Positions 1-12,943 are shown, counted from the stretch's first letter. The stretch is 44,395 bases of DNA from Octopus bimaculoides (GCF_001194135.2 NC_068983.1:127636499-127680893), one strand, 5' to 3'. Notes: a model not told the origin generated them from the sequence alone. Numbers and translations: made by a program.

Positions 1-36
<36 letters not shown>

Positions 37-330
37 CATTCATACATATATGCATATATATATATGTGTGTGTGTATATGTGGCTCTGTGTGTGTGTGCG
101 TTTGTATGATGGAACGGAGGGAAAGAGATGAATGCGAAATGAACTATACTAATTTCATTTGATCCTGCAATGATAATTGCTATAATGCAGAACATCATCA
201 CCATCGGCATCAGTATCAGTATCACCATCCCCACCCCAGACATTACAACCATCATCATTATCATCAACAAGAACATCATCAACAACATGATCAAAAGCAA
301 AAAAAAAGAAAAACATCATTAAAAGCACTT
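1..330. repeat. Compound microsatellite / low-complexity tract ((TA)n, (CA)n/(TG)n, (ATC)n/(AAC)n)
   Basis: Visible di- and trinucleotide runs. The 40..300 ORF is the translation of the (ATC/AAC)n tract. Confidence 0.9.
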
Positions 331-594
331 CAATAGATTTGCTTTAATGATTCTGAAAGTCCTTTTCTTACGGTTAATTTCATTCTCTCTCCCTTTAATT
401 CATCCCCCCTCTCTCTATATCTCCTTACGTTTGTTTCACAGACTTTCTATTTTCTCTCTATATATATACCGGATTCCTTAAATTTTGCTCTTCCTCCTAC
501 CGATTTTCTCTCTCTTTCACTCATTCTATAATCTTTTTAATGTGTAATCATATGCGATCGTGTTATTCATATGCGCACACACATATCATTGTAA

Positions 595-862
595 TCCTAC
601 GCACGCGCGCACGCACATACACACACACACACACACATACATACACAAACAAAGATAGAGAGAGAGAGAGCGACATACATACACACATACACACACACAC
701 TTGAAATGTACCTACATAGATTAATTGATATGTATATATGCATTCATATGGATTTATCTATCTGTCATCCCATCTCTCTCTCCCTCATTTTGTCTATCGT
801 CAATAAATATGTATATATACATATATATATATACAATAAATATATGTGTGCGCATATTTGCA

Positions 863-896
<34 letters not shown>

Positions 897-1823
897 NNNN
901 NNNNNNNNNNNNNNNNNNNNNNNNNNNNNNNNNNNNNNNNNNNNNNNNNNNNNNNNNNNNNNNNNNNNNNNNNNNNNNNNNNNNNNNNNNNNNNNNNNNN
1001 NNNNNNNNNNNNNNNNNNNNNNNNNNNNNNNNNNNNNNNNNNNNNNNNNNNNNNNNNNNNNNNNNNNNNNNNNNNNNNNNNNNNNNNNNNNNNNNNNNNN
1101 NNNNNNNNNNNNNNNNNNNNNNNNNNNNNNNNNNNNNNNNNNNNNNNNNNNNNNNNNNNNNNNNNNNNNNNNNNNNNNNNNNNNNNNNNNNNNNNNNNNN
1201 NNNNNNNNNNNNNNNNNNNNNNNNNNNNNNNNNNNNNNNNNNNNNNNNNNNNNNNNNNNNNNNNNNNNNNNNNNNNNNNNNNNNNNNNNNNNNNNNNNNN
1301 NNNNNNNNNNNNNNNNNNNNNNNNNNNNNNNNNNNNNNNNNNNNNNNNNNNNNNNNNNNNNNNNNNNNNNNNNNNNNNNNNNNNNNNNNNNNNNNNNNNN
1401 NTATATATATATATATATATATAGGTATACATACACAAACGTACATGTGAATGTGTGTGCGCGTGAGTATGTACAGTTATTGTATGAAGAAATATCTTGC
1501 AACAGTAACGGAAATATTACTTTTGTGGCAGTGTATTACAAAGGAGCTCAATAAAAGTGAATGAAATATTCCAATAATTGCTACAACTCACCATTTCTCG
1601 ATGTTTCTTTGGAAATCCATTTTTGGCACTAACATCAGTCATTCTAGCACGTTTTAAAAAGACTTTTGCAAGCTGATTCAGTGATTTATTCCTCTTAAAT
1701 ATATTTATTTCAATACTATCATAGCGCACGTCGAAATGGCAAATTATATTACCGTTTTTACCTCTCCCACCTGTATACATCTATCCATATATCTGTCTGT
1801 CTCTCTATCTATTTATCTATCTT

Positions 1824-1855
<32 letters not shown>

Positions 1856-1952
1856 CCTGTCTATCTATCTACCTGTCTCTCTACCTACTTACGTCCCTAC
1901 GTACCTACCTCTATCTCTCTCTTTCTCTCGTTATCTATCTGTCTGTGTATAT
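595..1952. repeat. (CA)n, (GA)n, (TA)n and (TATC)n microsatellites flanking assembly gaps 897-1401 and 1953-2869
   Basis: Repeats are visible directly next to N runs. The long ORFs with X residues are artefacts of the gaps. Confidence 0.9.
1592..1693 (-). CDS. Weak candidate internal exon (34 codons, RNKSLNQLAKVFLKRARMTDVSAKNGFPKKHREM), product unknown
   Basis: Strong donor GAAATG|GTGAGT and an open frame within ORF 1517..1780. The acceptor is poor (tttaag) and I recognise no homology. Confidence 0.2.
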
Positions 1953-3139
1953 NNNNNNNNNNNNNNNNNNNNNNNNNNNNNNNNNNNNNNNNNNNNNNNN
2001 NNNNNNNNNNNNNNNNNNNNNNNNNNNNNNNNNNNNNNNNNNNNNNNNNNNNNNNNNNNNNNNNNNNNNNNNNNNNNNNNNNNNNNNNNNNNNNNNNNNN
2101 NNNNNNNNNNNNNNNNNNNNNNNNNNNNNNNNNNNNNNNNNNNNNNNNNNNNNNNNNNNNNNNNNNNNNNNNNNNNNNNNNNNNNNNNNNNNNNNNNNNN
2201 NNNNNNNNNNNNNNNNNNNNNNNNNNNNNNNNNNNNNNNNNNNNNNNNNNNNNNNNNNNNNNNNNNNNNNNNNNNNNNNNNNNNNNNNNNNNNNNNNNNN
2301 NNNNNNNNNNNNNNNNNNNNNNNNNNNNNNNNNNNNNNNNNNNNNNNNNNNNNNNNNNNNNNNNNNNNNNNNNNNNNNNNNNNNNNNNNNNNNNNNNNNN
2401 NNNNNNNNNNNNNNNNNNNNNNNNNNNNNNNNNNNNNNNNNNNNNNNNNNNNNNNNNNNNNNNNNNNNNNNNNNNNNNNNNNNNNNNNNNNNNNNNNNNN
2501 NNNNNNNNNNNNNNNNNNNNNNNNNNNNNNNNNNNNNNNNNNNNNNNNNNNNNNNNNNNNNNNNNNNNNNNNNNNNNNNNNNNNNNNNNNNNNNNNNNNN
2601 NNNNNNNNNNNNNNNNNNNNNNNNNNNNNNNNNNNNNNNNNNNNNNNNNNNNNNNNNNNNNNNNNNNNNNNNNNNNNNNNNNNNNNNNNNNNNNNNNNNN
2701 NNNNNNNNNNNNNNNNNNNNNNNNNNNNNNNNNNNNNNNNNNNNNNNNNNNNNNNNNNNNNNNNNNNNNNNNNNNNNNNNNNNNNNNNNNNNNNNNNNNN
2801 NNNNNNNNNNNNNNNNNNNNNNNNNNNNNNNNNNNNNNNNNNNNNNNNNNNNNNNNNNNNNNNNNNNNTAATCCTTCTATGCTAGTTGTTATTGACTAAA
2901 TTAAGGCTTTGTAATCGTGGTCATCGCACTTATTTGCTTCTCCGTCCGTTTATGATTATATTTTACATAATTCTCTCTCTGTTCGCGTTTATTCAGGTTT
3001 ATGTGAATGGGCATGAATGCGTTTGTGCATAGGGGTGTGCGTGTTTGTGTGTGTGTGTGTGTGTGTTTGTACGGGTGTGTTGGTACGTGTGTGTGCGCGC
3101 GTGTTTTGTGCTCGTGTGAACAAACGTTGTCTTATATTA

Positions 3140-4407
3140 AGTTACGCTAATTTGGATTGAAGACCGCCTTATCTAGTTGTACATAAATAATAATTGAAAG
3201 TGTTGCTGCTTCCGTTCATCGAACAACTGAGTGCTTCCACTCATAGTCAAAACTAACGTAGAAATATTTACTTCATAATTTGTTTGCAATTGTGTTGATA
3301 GCCGTTGAATAATCACACAGGCGAAATGTAGTATAGGAACATAGACACCCTTGCGGTCCACACACTTTTTCTATCCGTGTTACAGTGCTTAGATCCACTT
3401 GGTGAAAAAGCTTTCATTTTGCTGGTCAAAAATCATCAACGACAAATATGGTGTCATTATTGCCGTGATGCTGGTTGTCAGCCAAGGGATTTTTTTTTCA
3501 TTTTCCAGTGCAGAGGCTTAATCACGAGCCTTCTTCTGATTGAACGAGACACCTTTCCTCAGTTTCCATGAGCGTTTGGTTTTCATAGCGTTTCGTAGCA
3601 GCCTCAGCAGGTTTGTGTAGTACTTTCCACTGACGGTGTGGCCCTTTTGAAGATAGTCAATCAGCACAATGCCTTTTATATCCTAAAACACAAGTACTTA
3701 CCTTCTTTCTTGATGAAACAACTTTGGCCTTCTTTGAAGCAGATGAAGTGGGATGTTTCCACTGATTGTCTCTATTTCCCTAGCTCAAAGTGATGATGCT
3801 AACACTCATCCTAGTTTTGAAAACGTTCTAGGAAACCATCTGAATCTGCCTCAAACAATGTTAGATTTCCCCGTGATGTCATCAGCCTGGTGCACTTTTG
3901 ATTAGTTGTCAGAAGATGTGGCACCAACCGAGCAGAAACTTTCGTCTTGCCAAGTTCATATTGCAGATTGTCCACAACTCTCTCACGTGATATGCTAATT
4001 GCATTGTTTATTTGATTTATAATCAATTGCCTGTCACCTTTCAGCTTCTGGTGAACTCGATCGATGTTTTCTAAATCATGGGTCGTTTTAAAGTCTCTCT
4101 CCCTCCTAAATTCAACTACCCACTTTTGCACTGCTGATAAAGCCGGAGTGTCACCGTCCAATGTAACAACCATATTGGCACGAATGTCTTTGGGGACCAA
4201 ACTGTTTTTCTACAGGTACTTGATAACATCACGAAACTAAATTTCAGTTATATCTAAGAGAACTCGCTACTAGTTCAATTTCAAGTCGTCTGTGTAAGAA
4301 GTAATATCGCTTACCCAAGAAAAACAATGCAGTTAGTAATAAGATGAATTGAAATTAATGCATGTAGTTTTTCACAGCAGTAGACTCAATCCTTCAGAAT
4401 CATTCTA
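3140..4407 (-). mobile_element. Degenerate mariner (Tc1/mariner) DNA transposon, copy 1
   Basis: ORF 3811..4200 gives HTH-like PALSAVQKWVVEF and KVSARLVPHLLT (mariner WVPxxL motif). Downstream decayed catalytic region (DETW-like, HQDN-like) is broken by stops and frameshifts. Ends are approximate. Confidence 0.85.
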
Positions 4408-4546
4408 TGAACGATTTAGCCTATCACCGAAGTGGTATATTTTATGTGCAAGCACAAGGCAGACAACTGATAATAAATGATAATACGCATATATACATAA
4501 CTGTACAAACACGGTTATCTATATATCTGTCTTTATAAATAAATAA

Positions 4547-4579
<33 letters not shown>

Positions 4580-5762
4580 NNNNNNNNNNNNNNNNNNNNN
4601 NNNNNNNNNNNNNNNNNNNNNNNNNNNNNNNCATGGATAGATAGATAGATAAATAGATAGATATATAGATAAATAGTTAGATACATAAATACATACATAC
4701 ACGGATACACAGATACATACATACTTATATATAAAAATACAGATGTATACATATATAATATATCTATCTATATATCTATATATATATGTATGTGTGTGTA
4801 TATATATATATTCTGTCAATAAAATTGCATAGATGAACAGGAAAGATGACAAATAAAAGAGCCTATTAATGATAAAGAAAGACACCTAAAGCAGTTAATT
4901 AGTTTGTTTAATAGATCTAACACTGATTTTATAAACTGCAGTTAATATACAGTATATGCCCAATTTCGTTCTGGCGAATTGTCAACGTGCATCAGAACAA
5001 CACGAAATCGCTGAAAACGCATTAATTAGCTTCTCATATAAAAAGAACATTATAGCAACAACAGTAATCTCGACAATCGTAACCACAGCAACAACACCAT
5101 CGACGATACGCAACACATCATCCACATTATCATCGATACAAATCATAATGAATATATAAAACACACAATAAAAATATAGTATATATAAAAATAAAATCCC
5201 ACTTTTAATTGTTAATGAAGTGTTTGCATTTAACATCATTTTGCAATGAGTTAGGAAGCCACGGGTGTTATTACAACTTTTCCTGGCAACAAGGAAGCGC
5301 TTAGAAATGTGCTAGATATGCAAGGATTATCTATCAAGTAGTACCCATATAACGCCCACTCTTTTCTAACACGGAAAGATACATTGTATTGATCCAGTGT
5401 AAGGTCTTGGAAAATGTAGTCCTCACACCTCGTGCCACTTCGTTCATTTTTTTGCTAGACTCCATTAACATAGCCGTCACAAATTACACTGATGCCCTGA
5501 GAACACTGTCATATGTCTGAAAGAGTGCTGTCATATGTCTGAAAAGTAAATGAGATGATCACAATTAGTATGTCAGTGATCATGTATTATGGGGTCGCTA
5601 TGACTGCTAGAAATAACAAATGGATTTCACGCAGATCACAGTCTTGCTTAAAAATACGAAGTGCGATTTTGAATAGTTTAATTACATGGCACGAATGAAA
5701 ATACAGTTAGAATGACTATTATTATCTAATAAATCGTTATATAATCGCTGTATCTTCTAGAT

Positions 5763-6440
5763 CAGACATGTCAAACTCCTGGCCCGTCTAGGAAAAAGTG
5801 CAGCAATTTCATCCGGTTCAAAGGACCATTTTGATATCAGCATGAATTTGGTCTAAATGGCGGCATCAGCAAATAGACTTCATTGCTGCCCTCAGCAACA
5901 CTCATGCTTTCTTGTTACAACTACATATACATAGTGTATGGCTAACGCAGGCCATTCCATTATATTTAGCACAGACTGCATTACCTTTCTTACAAAATGG
6001 TGTCACCAAATATCGCAATAATCTAATACACGACTAGAAACAACATCGCAGTAACCATTATCTCCTGTCTAGAGAGAGAAAAATGCACATTAAAGAGGCA
6101 TGATAACACAGTTACAACTCTTAATTGTAATTGCAACAAAACATGCTGGGGAACTCCTCCGATTCTCTAATCATATTGTGAAGCGCTCATAACGAAACCT
6201 CTACTAATCCCATAATGCACCACAACAGCCGCCTTACCGCTTTTTCGGGAGACGGTTTTCACACGGTCATTCAAGAGTAGTACCTATCTATATCAACGGA
6301 AGGTAGACGAGTCTAAGAGGAATCTCACGTTACACCAGACTTTCGTAACGAAAGCAAAATCACAAAGTGAAGCTGCTGTTAAAGCAAATAATTTTGTGGC
6401 AGAGAAGATCGCATAATCAGTGCCAGATAATGACCAGTTC
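5763..6440 (+). mobile_element. hAT (Charlie/SPIN-like) transposon 5' remnant
   Basis: Starts CAGACATGTCAAACTCCTGGCCCG, like hAT TIR ends. Around 6303-6413 translates VDESKRNLTLHQTFVTKAKSQSEAAVKANNFVAEKIA*, matching GTF2IRD2/Charlie-type transposase N-terminal motifs. Confidence 0.75.
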
Positions 6441-8694
6441 CCTTTTAAATAAGAACATGTTGAATAAATTAGTGTGACATAAGTTAAGAAAAAAAAAAAC
6501 AGAATGACCAAGATTACAATATCTTCGACCATAATTATTTTTTCATACCAGTTTTGAACTTGAGGAAAAAGGCTAAACAATAAAGGCAATGATTACAACG
6601 AGATTAACTATGTCCGTGATTGTCCGAATGTTGCCGTATCTGACGTCTGAAGCACAAATGAATATTAGTCAACCGGAACATGTATAATAAATCTCCTCTC
6701 CAGAACGGAACACTGATTAATGTTTGTGAGCTGATGACACTATAACTTGCATTTCTTCTTCCCAATGAAATCTGTATAAAATATTTCACTAGTTTCATTT
6801 TATATTATAGTAGGAAAACCGGCAGAAGATCCGGTCCATCGATTCAGTCTGAGTCAAGGTGAATTATTGATTCAGTTACTACCTGTCCAGCTAGAATTAT
6901 GTACGTTAGGTCAATATCAGAGAATTTCTCATGGCGGTGTGAATGAATCCGGATATTCGATTTGCTGCATCCTCATTCGTCAAGAAAAAAAACATGACGT
7001 TTTCATACTGTTTGGCAGGCGGAATAGACATGAATATCTAGGAATATATAATCATTATCCTTCCAATATTTTACTTACCATTTAAGCATCCACACATGGA
7101 AAGCCCCCCCCCCAAAAAAAAAAAAAATTGCAAATTATCTCAAGTTTTTGTTTCACCACTGGAACTCTAAGTTTTGGTGTCTCTCATGTGTCACAAGAAA
7201 TTTAAAGAATAACAAGTTAAATTTCCGCTAATCATTCGAACTACTGCCTATTTTATTGTGAATTTGTAATTTCTTTTTTTAATACTGCTTGTCACTTGAT
7301 CCAGCGTTTTTATTTTGATTGTATCGTTTACATATTTCCCATAGTCTAATATGAAATATTATTCTCTTCTTTCGAATAAACTAAGACGATGACCCTGAAT
7401 AGTTTCCATAGATTCATTCACCAAAGAGTGATCATATGCTTGGAACAAAAGCTAATAAATTTTATTGCTGCTTTACTATAACTCATCTCAGCTCTCTTCA
7501 CCTTCCCATTTTCTTCCGTCCTTGAAAATATTTTCCTTTTGTATTCTTACATTTTTAAGAAAAAATTTGCTTTATTTGAAAAAGATTTACCGACTATTTA
7601 TATCAGGTTCATCGAGTTTGTGGAGGCTTTCATGCTGGTTCATTTATTTGTTTGATAGAGTTGTTTGATAGATTTTTTATTAGAACCTTTTTTCTATTTT
7701 CCTGTTGTGTATTCAGATAGCACGATTTTATTGTACTGAATTTTTCATATCTGCTTTGTAGATTCCAAGTAAATCACGTACAATAGACTTGCATGTATTT
7801 AGTCATTATTTCAAACATATGGCTATCTAGCATTTACTGCTATTAACTTTGAATTTTATTTTAAGTATATGTTTTATAATAGATTGCATATTGAACAATA
7901 TTCAATTAATATCTGAATACTATGCAGTGTCATCCAACAAAACATCCAATCCATGGGAGTAGACTGAAAACATTACTAACGAATGGGTACATTTCCAGGT
8001 CAAATTTATCATAGGATACGCATTTCTTTCGCGTCACATTATCTATCATAAAGAAATTACTCAAAGGTCATAATTAAATGATTATATAAGTAAAATCAAA
8101 CAACTAACAATACCGTCGTATGGCGTTCTGGCTTTAGGTTCCCAATCATTTCGGTGCATCATCATCTACGCAAATATTTTTCTATTAAAAACCTGATTTC
8201 CTCTGTTTTGGCTGAAAACATCACACAATTACAGAAACGTTTAGAGTCCAGAGTAAATTATGATGTGGAAGTGTCTATTGATATTACCATTACCATTGAA
8301 CTGAGTGTTTGCGCTATCATTCACATTCATTTTATGCGTCTGAAAGTGAATACTTTATTCCAGCTAATGAGTTAACAACTAGCTAGTACTTTCTTGGGAT
8401 GATGTTTTTTCCATTAATATTATCCGAATGGGTTTAAGATTGCGTTTAGACCCACAATGTACGCATATATTACCTTAATATGTTTGTGCACGAAGAGAAT
8501 TTTCGATAAAACTATTGATGGAAATCCAATAATATAGGTTTATAAACAACTTTCATGAGAGCTATTAAATTTATATATTGTATTAACTTACACCATTCAA
8601 GTTGTCTCTTTATATTTCAATCTTTTCTTTTCGCCCAAACTATTTAACAGACAGTAAATTGTTTCCGCCTCTCTTCAGTAAAGTATATTAAGAA

Positions 8695-8750
8695 GAAATA
8701 CATACATACATAGAAACATACATACATAGAAACATACATACATACATACA

Positions 8751-8801
<51 letters not shown>

Positions 8802-8860
8802 GCGTGTATGTGTATTGGGAGTGTATACGTGTGTTTAGAGAGAGAGAGAGAGAAAGAGAA

Positions 8861-8894
<34 letters not shown>

Positions 8895-8920
8895 TGAAAG
8901 AGAAAAGAGAGAGAATGAGA
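8695..8920. repeat. (CATA)n/(TA)n/(GA)n compound microsatellite
   Basis: Visible repeats. Confidence 0.9.
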
Positions 8921-8935
8921 AATCTGTGTGTATAG

Positions 8936-9193
8936 ACCTTTAGAATTGTTAAAAAATTGAAAATTTTAAGAGGCCTTGTCGATAGATTGTTCAGACAATG
9001 ACAATACATTATCGGTGAGTATATCTTCAATTTAGTGTCATAGTGGAAACAGAAAAAAGTATAAAATATTATTGAAAATTATTATTTAAAAATCAGCAGT
9101 AAATTGAGAAAAAAAATTCAGTCCACTTTGTAAACAAATTTATAAAGTATACTTTATACTTCATGGAATGGTGTTTAGCACAATTCTAAAGGT
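8936..9193. mobile_element. MITE-like element, 258 bp, with perfect 14-bp terminal inverted repeats ACCTTTAGAATTGT
   Basis: 8936-8949 is the exact reverse complement of 9180-9193. There is an internal 18-bp palindrome at 9141-9158. No clean TSD. Confidence 0.55.
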
Positions 9194-10337
9194 ACAAGAC
9201 AGTGTGTCTAATAGGTTTTTGGCTTATCCAGTCAATGGTTTGAAATCTGATACTGTTGCTGCTAGCATTGCCGGTGGTGTAGTTGTTCATAGTGATAGTA
9301 GTAGAGGTGATGTTTAACACCAAGTCAAGAACAGCGTAGATGTCATGCTGAAAATCATTGCAGCTTCGTCCATCTCGTATTATTCTTAGAGCATTGTGAA
9401 TGAATTTTTTTAAATGTATAGTTCAACCGTACATTTTGGTAATCCTTCAAACCGCTCGAAATGCACCCATGTATCTGTTAATATGATCTGACGCATATTT
9501 TGGGTGGTATTCCAAAGCAATTGACCAGCTAAAAGACCAAATAAAATTATCCCTTCTTTGCCTGTTTTCTGAATGTGTCAGAGTAGGAAACCCAGCAATG
9601 TAAACTTTATTCAATTTTTCCAAAAATGACGAGAAATGGAAAGATTTGGTATTGAATTGAAACGTGTTCCCATTACGTGGAAAAGAGGAAACTCCAGTGT
9701 TACACAAAATCTCTGGCGGCGGAATCAAATTTTATGGTACGTTAATTTCCTTATTTAAAAAGTGAAACTGTCCCAATCATAGACTTCGATACAATTTCCA
9801 TTGGCAAAATGTCTTTCACAAATCTTTCGTAAACCGAAGGTTGTGTAAGAAAACCCATGGAATCCGACATTTCATGTGATGAATGATGGAAGGGTGCAGA
9901 TGAAAATGTTTTTAAAATAATGTTTCTGGTGAAATTGGAGTTATGAATGTAATGTTGAGAAGATCATTGTAAAGCAAAATTGATATTTTAATGATTTTCT
10001 TTTTCTATTTTCTTAATGTTTCAAGTTATATTTCTAAACTGTATTAGTAAGACGTGTTTTCTAGTTATTCGTTTAAAAAATATTTAAAACTTCGTACGTA
10101 TCATATATGTCTAGAGACAGTAAATTGTGTTATTGTCAAGTTATATCGATTTGACTGATGAAAACTTTTTAACTCCACAAAATACTTTCATAGTTGCTTC
10201 GTTTCAGTGTAAATATTCCTAAGTATTGCAGCACAACGTCAGATTTGTAACATTTGATTTCTACAAAATGCTTCAACTAATCATTGCCTTCATTCATTTA
10301 GCTAACATTATAAGTTCTGAAATTGCAGTTCGTTACT

Positions 10338-10410
10338 GGGTAGTTTAGCTTAATGGTAAAGCATCGATGCTTAATCACAGGGATGTAAGTTCGAGTCTCA
10401 TGGCTGGTCG
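10338..10410 (+). pseudogene. tRNA-Lys(CTT)-like sequence: tRNA pseudogene or SINE head
   Basis: TAGCTTAATGGTAAAGCA (A box, D stem GCTT/AAGC), CTTAATCACAGGG and GTTCGAGTC (B box) align to eukaryotic tRNA-Lys(CTT). Acceptor and anticodon stems do not pair, so it is not a functional tRNA. Confidence 0.7.
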
Positions 10411-11351
10411 GTAACGTATTTATCTGCAATGTATGGATAATTTATCCTGATCACACTATTTATTAGCATTATCACGAGTTTGAGAATTAAAAATATATTA
10501 TTTCTGTATATTTCACCGCATTTAAAATAAAATTTGTTGACTTTCATGGTGAGTTGAATTTCGTTTTATGAAGCCAAATTTATAAGTTGTGAAATTGAAA
10601 TTCATGTTTCATAGACGGCCGGTAACGTAGTTTTCTGGAATGTATGGATACATTGAAACTGGTAACAGCTGTACATATTCAAATTTCCAATAGCTAACGT
10701 TAAATAGGCAAAATCAAACTTTTATTGTGCCATCTGAGAGTGGGATTAAAACTCCAATTCGTATTTACTTATCTTGAATAAGTATTAATAAGAAACGAAT
10801 TTCAAATGAAAAAATGTTGAACAATTTTCATATTTAATTGGGTAGTAATGAAGCTTAATAAAAATCATAAAATTCTAATCACATACATACGTATTTTGAG
10901 TTAAACATGAAGTCCTGAGTGATATATTGTATTCTGCATTATTGGGGAAAATGAAAGAATTAGAAAGTCATATTTTTTTCATTTATGGTTATGGTCGGTA
11001 ATAGTAGATGCAGTTTGACAATTCTGAAAGTTAACAAGAGACAGACAGGAGAAGAGTGATGCTGGAAGAGAGGGGACGTGAGACGCAGAGAGAGAGATAA
11101 TGGGATCGAGAAGGAATTGCCATCTTAGCCTATGATTTCAATCTCCCCCTCTAATTCCTGACGTTTTCCTCTCTCTCTCTCTTTCTCTCTTCTTCGTCTC
11201 TTTTTTTGCTCTATCTATCTATTTATCATTATCATTTGAAAGTAGAAAATATTCTCGAGTATATTTATGGACCTTAGTATCTCGCTGCTTAACGTTTTGA
11301 AACCGGTTCTTTTCCCCATCATATAATGTGAAGGGTGTTCCAATCAAATTC

Positions 11352-11393
<42 letters not shown>

Positions 11394-11773
11394 ATATATA
11401 TATAATACACATACACACACATATATAGCATATAAAAGAAAGAAAATGCACATTGTTTACATAGTTTTAATATATTTTTTAATATATTTTATAAGTGAAA
11501 GAGTGTTGTGTTTGTCGAAATGTTTCGCTTTTGCTAATCATGACATTGAAATTATTGTAATGTAGTTTNNNNNNNNNNNNNNNNNNNNNNNNNNNNNNNN
11601 NNNNNNNNNNNNNNNNNNNNNNNNNNNNNNNNNNNNNNNNNNNNNNNNNNNNNNNNNNNNNNNNNNNNNNNNNNNNNNNNNNNNNNNNNNNNNNNNNNNN
11701 NNNNNNNNNNNNNNNNNNNNNNNNNNNNNNNNNNNNNNNNNNNNNNNNNNNNNNNNNNNNNNNNNNNNNNNNN

Positions 11774-12868
11774 GGAATTCGTGTATAAGATGAGTCATCA
11801 AGTAGAAAATATAAGGGTAGGAAAATTGTGATCATTGTCATATGGAAAATGGAAGGTATTTTCCCATTTTCTTTTTGCGGGGTGGGGGAATTAATATACA
11901 AAACCTCGAAAGCTAAAGTAGCGAGATGAAATATGTAAAGTGAAGGTATGTGATCATGAACTAAAATATGAACTTTGGCCAAAGTTCTTTATGCGTTCAA
12001 ATTTAGGCATGTTCTGTATTTTTCGATAAATAAATTTTCTCTTTTTTTAACGCTCTTTTGTGGAAACTGTTTCATAGCACTAATAGATGGGGAAAACTTT
12101 GAAATTTGGTTGGATATTACCTGCACATCTCTCTGTGTGTTCACTCAAAGGAATCTGTCTGTATTCAGGGAAACGCATTGGTTCCTTATGCAGTGTAGTT
12201 CTTCGTCTAAGTGCCATACATATATGTTCTATATAGTTATGTTCACAATCTGAATAAGTTATATCATAAATTAGATTCTCGAAATCAGAAGTGAAGTTGG
12301 TTTTAATTGTGAAACTCTCTCTTTGTTTGAATAGGAATCCCGAGCCTTCCAGTAGGAAGAGTCATGTTCTACCGTTTGGATTTCACATTTTAAAGCATAG
12401 GTTTCGTGGTTGTACTGTAGAGTTCCACATTTGTCAGAAGTCTTTTCAGCTATTTGTGTTGCATTTTTCATTTGACAAATTTATGTATTTTCAGAATGTT
12501 GTTCATCTTTGGGTCCCAAGTGAGCTTAGGTAAATTTTAAACAATAGTGTTGTCTGCGTCATTGTTCCCAGAATTGTTTGTTGATATGCATGTTACAATT
12601 TTTTGATGCGGTGTAGTGTCACATTTCCATTGGTGTTTTAATGCCCAATTTCTTGGTACGTTTAATTACATCACCTATAAGTAAGGGTGAATATCGTCTC
12701 TCACTTAGTTTTATTCTCATGTCTTGAAGACATAGGTCCCGAGTATTTCCATCTGACACTATTGTGCAAATCCTTTTCGCTAAAATAAATAGGATATTTC
12801 TTTTGATTTGTTTCGGGTGGTATGAGCTAAACAGAAGATATTGCTTCGAGTCCGTTTGTTTATGATAA
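11774..12868 (-). mobile_element. Penelope-like element (PLE) 3' remnant: RT thumb plus GIY-YIG endonuclease and probable 3' pLTR part
   Basis: YHKQTDSKQYLLFSSYHPKQIKRNI (PLE RT thumb, ORF 12619..12975). Frameshifted FTIKTNFTSDFENLIY...FPEYRQIPLSEHTERC...NFKVFPIY...RENLFIEKYRTCLN (GIY-YIG domain) ends near 11989. Confidence 0.85.

Positions 12869-12943
<75 letters not shown>
12869..12943 (-). repeat. (TAA)25 tract: 3' tail / target of the adjacent Dong-like LINE
   Basis: 75 bp perfect ATT repeat on the + strand. It produces the spurious poly-I and poly-Y ORFs. Confidence 0.95.

Noticed and set aside
706-2899. Long ORFs (up to 387 aa) spanning N runs; the same applies to those at 11479, 12841, 13034, 15111, 23849 and 25452-26375
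   Set aside because: They are open only because N codons translate as X; the flanks are microsatellite translations (YIYI, LSLS, HTHT).
5506-5544. 17-bp direct repeat CTGTCATATGTCTGAAA x2 as CRISPR-like or TSD
   Set aside because: Only two copies with a 5-bp spacer; a simple local duplication. No CRISPR array or prokaryotic gene is seen anywhere in the window.
8642-8685. Minus-strand CUGAAGA-GAGGCG-GAAA...GUC hammerhead-like string
   Set aside because: Helix II cannot close (G opposite G) and helix I has only two pairs; probably chance.
10338-10410. Functional tRNA-Lys gene
   Set aside because: The acceptor, anticodon and T stems have multiple mismatches and the anticodon loop is one base short.
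11011-11026. CAGTTTGACAATTCTG as the right TIR of the hAT starting at 5763 (13/16 match)
   Set aside because: The 8-bp flanks differ (TTCTAGAT vs AAAGTTAA) and the subterminal sequence is not hAT-like.
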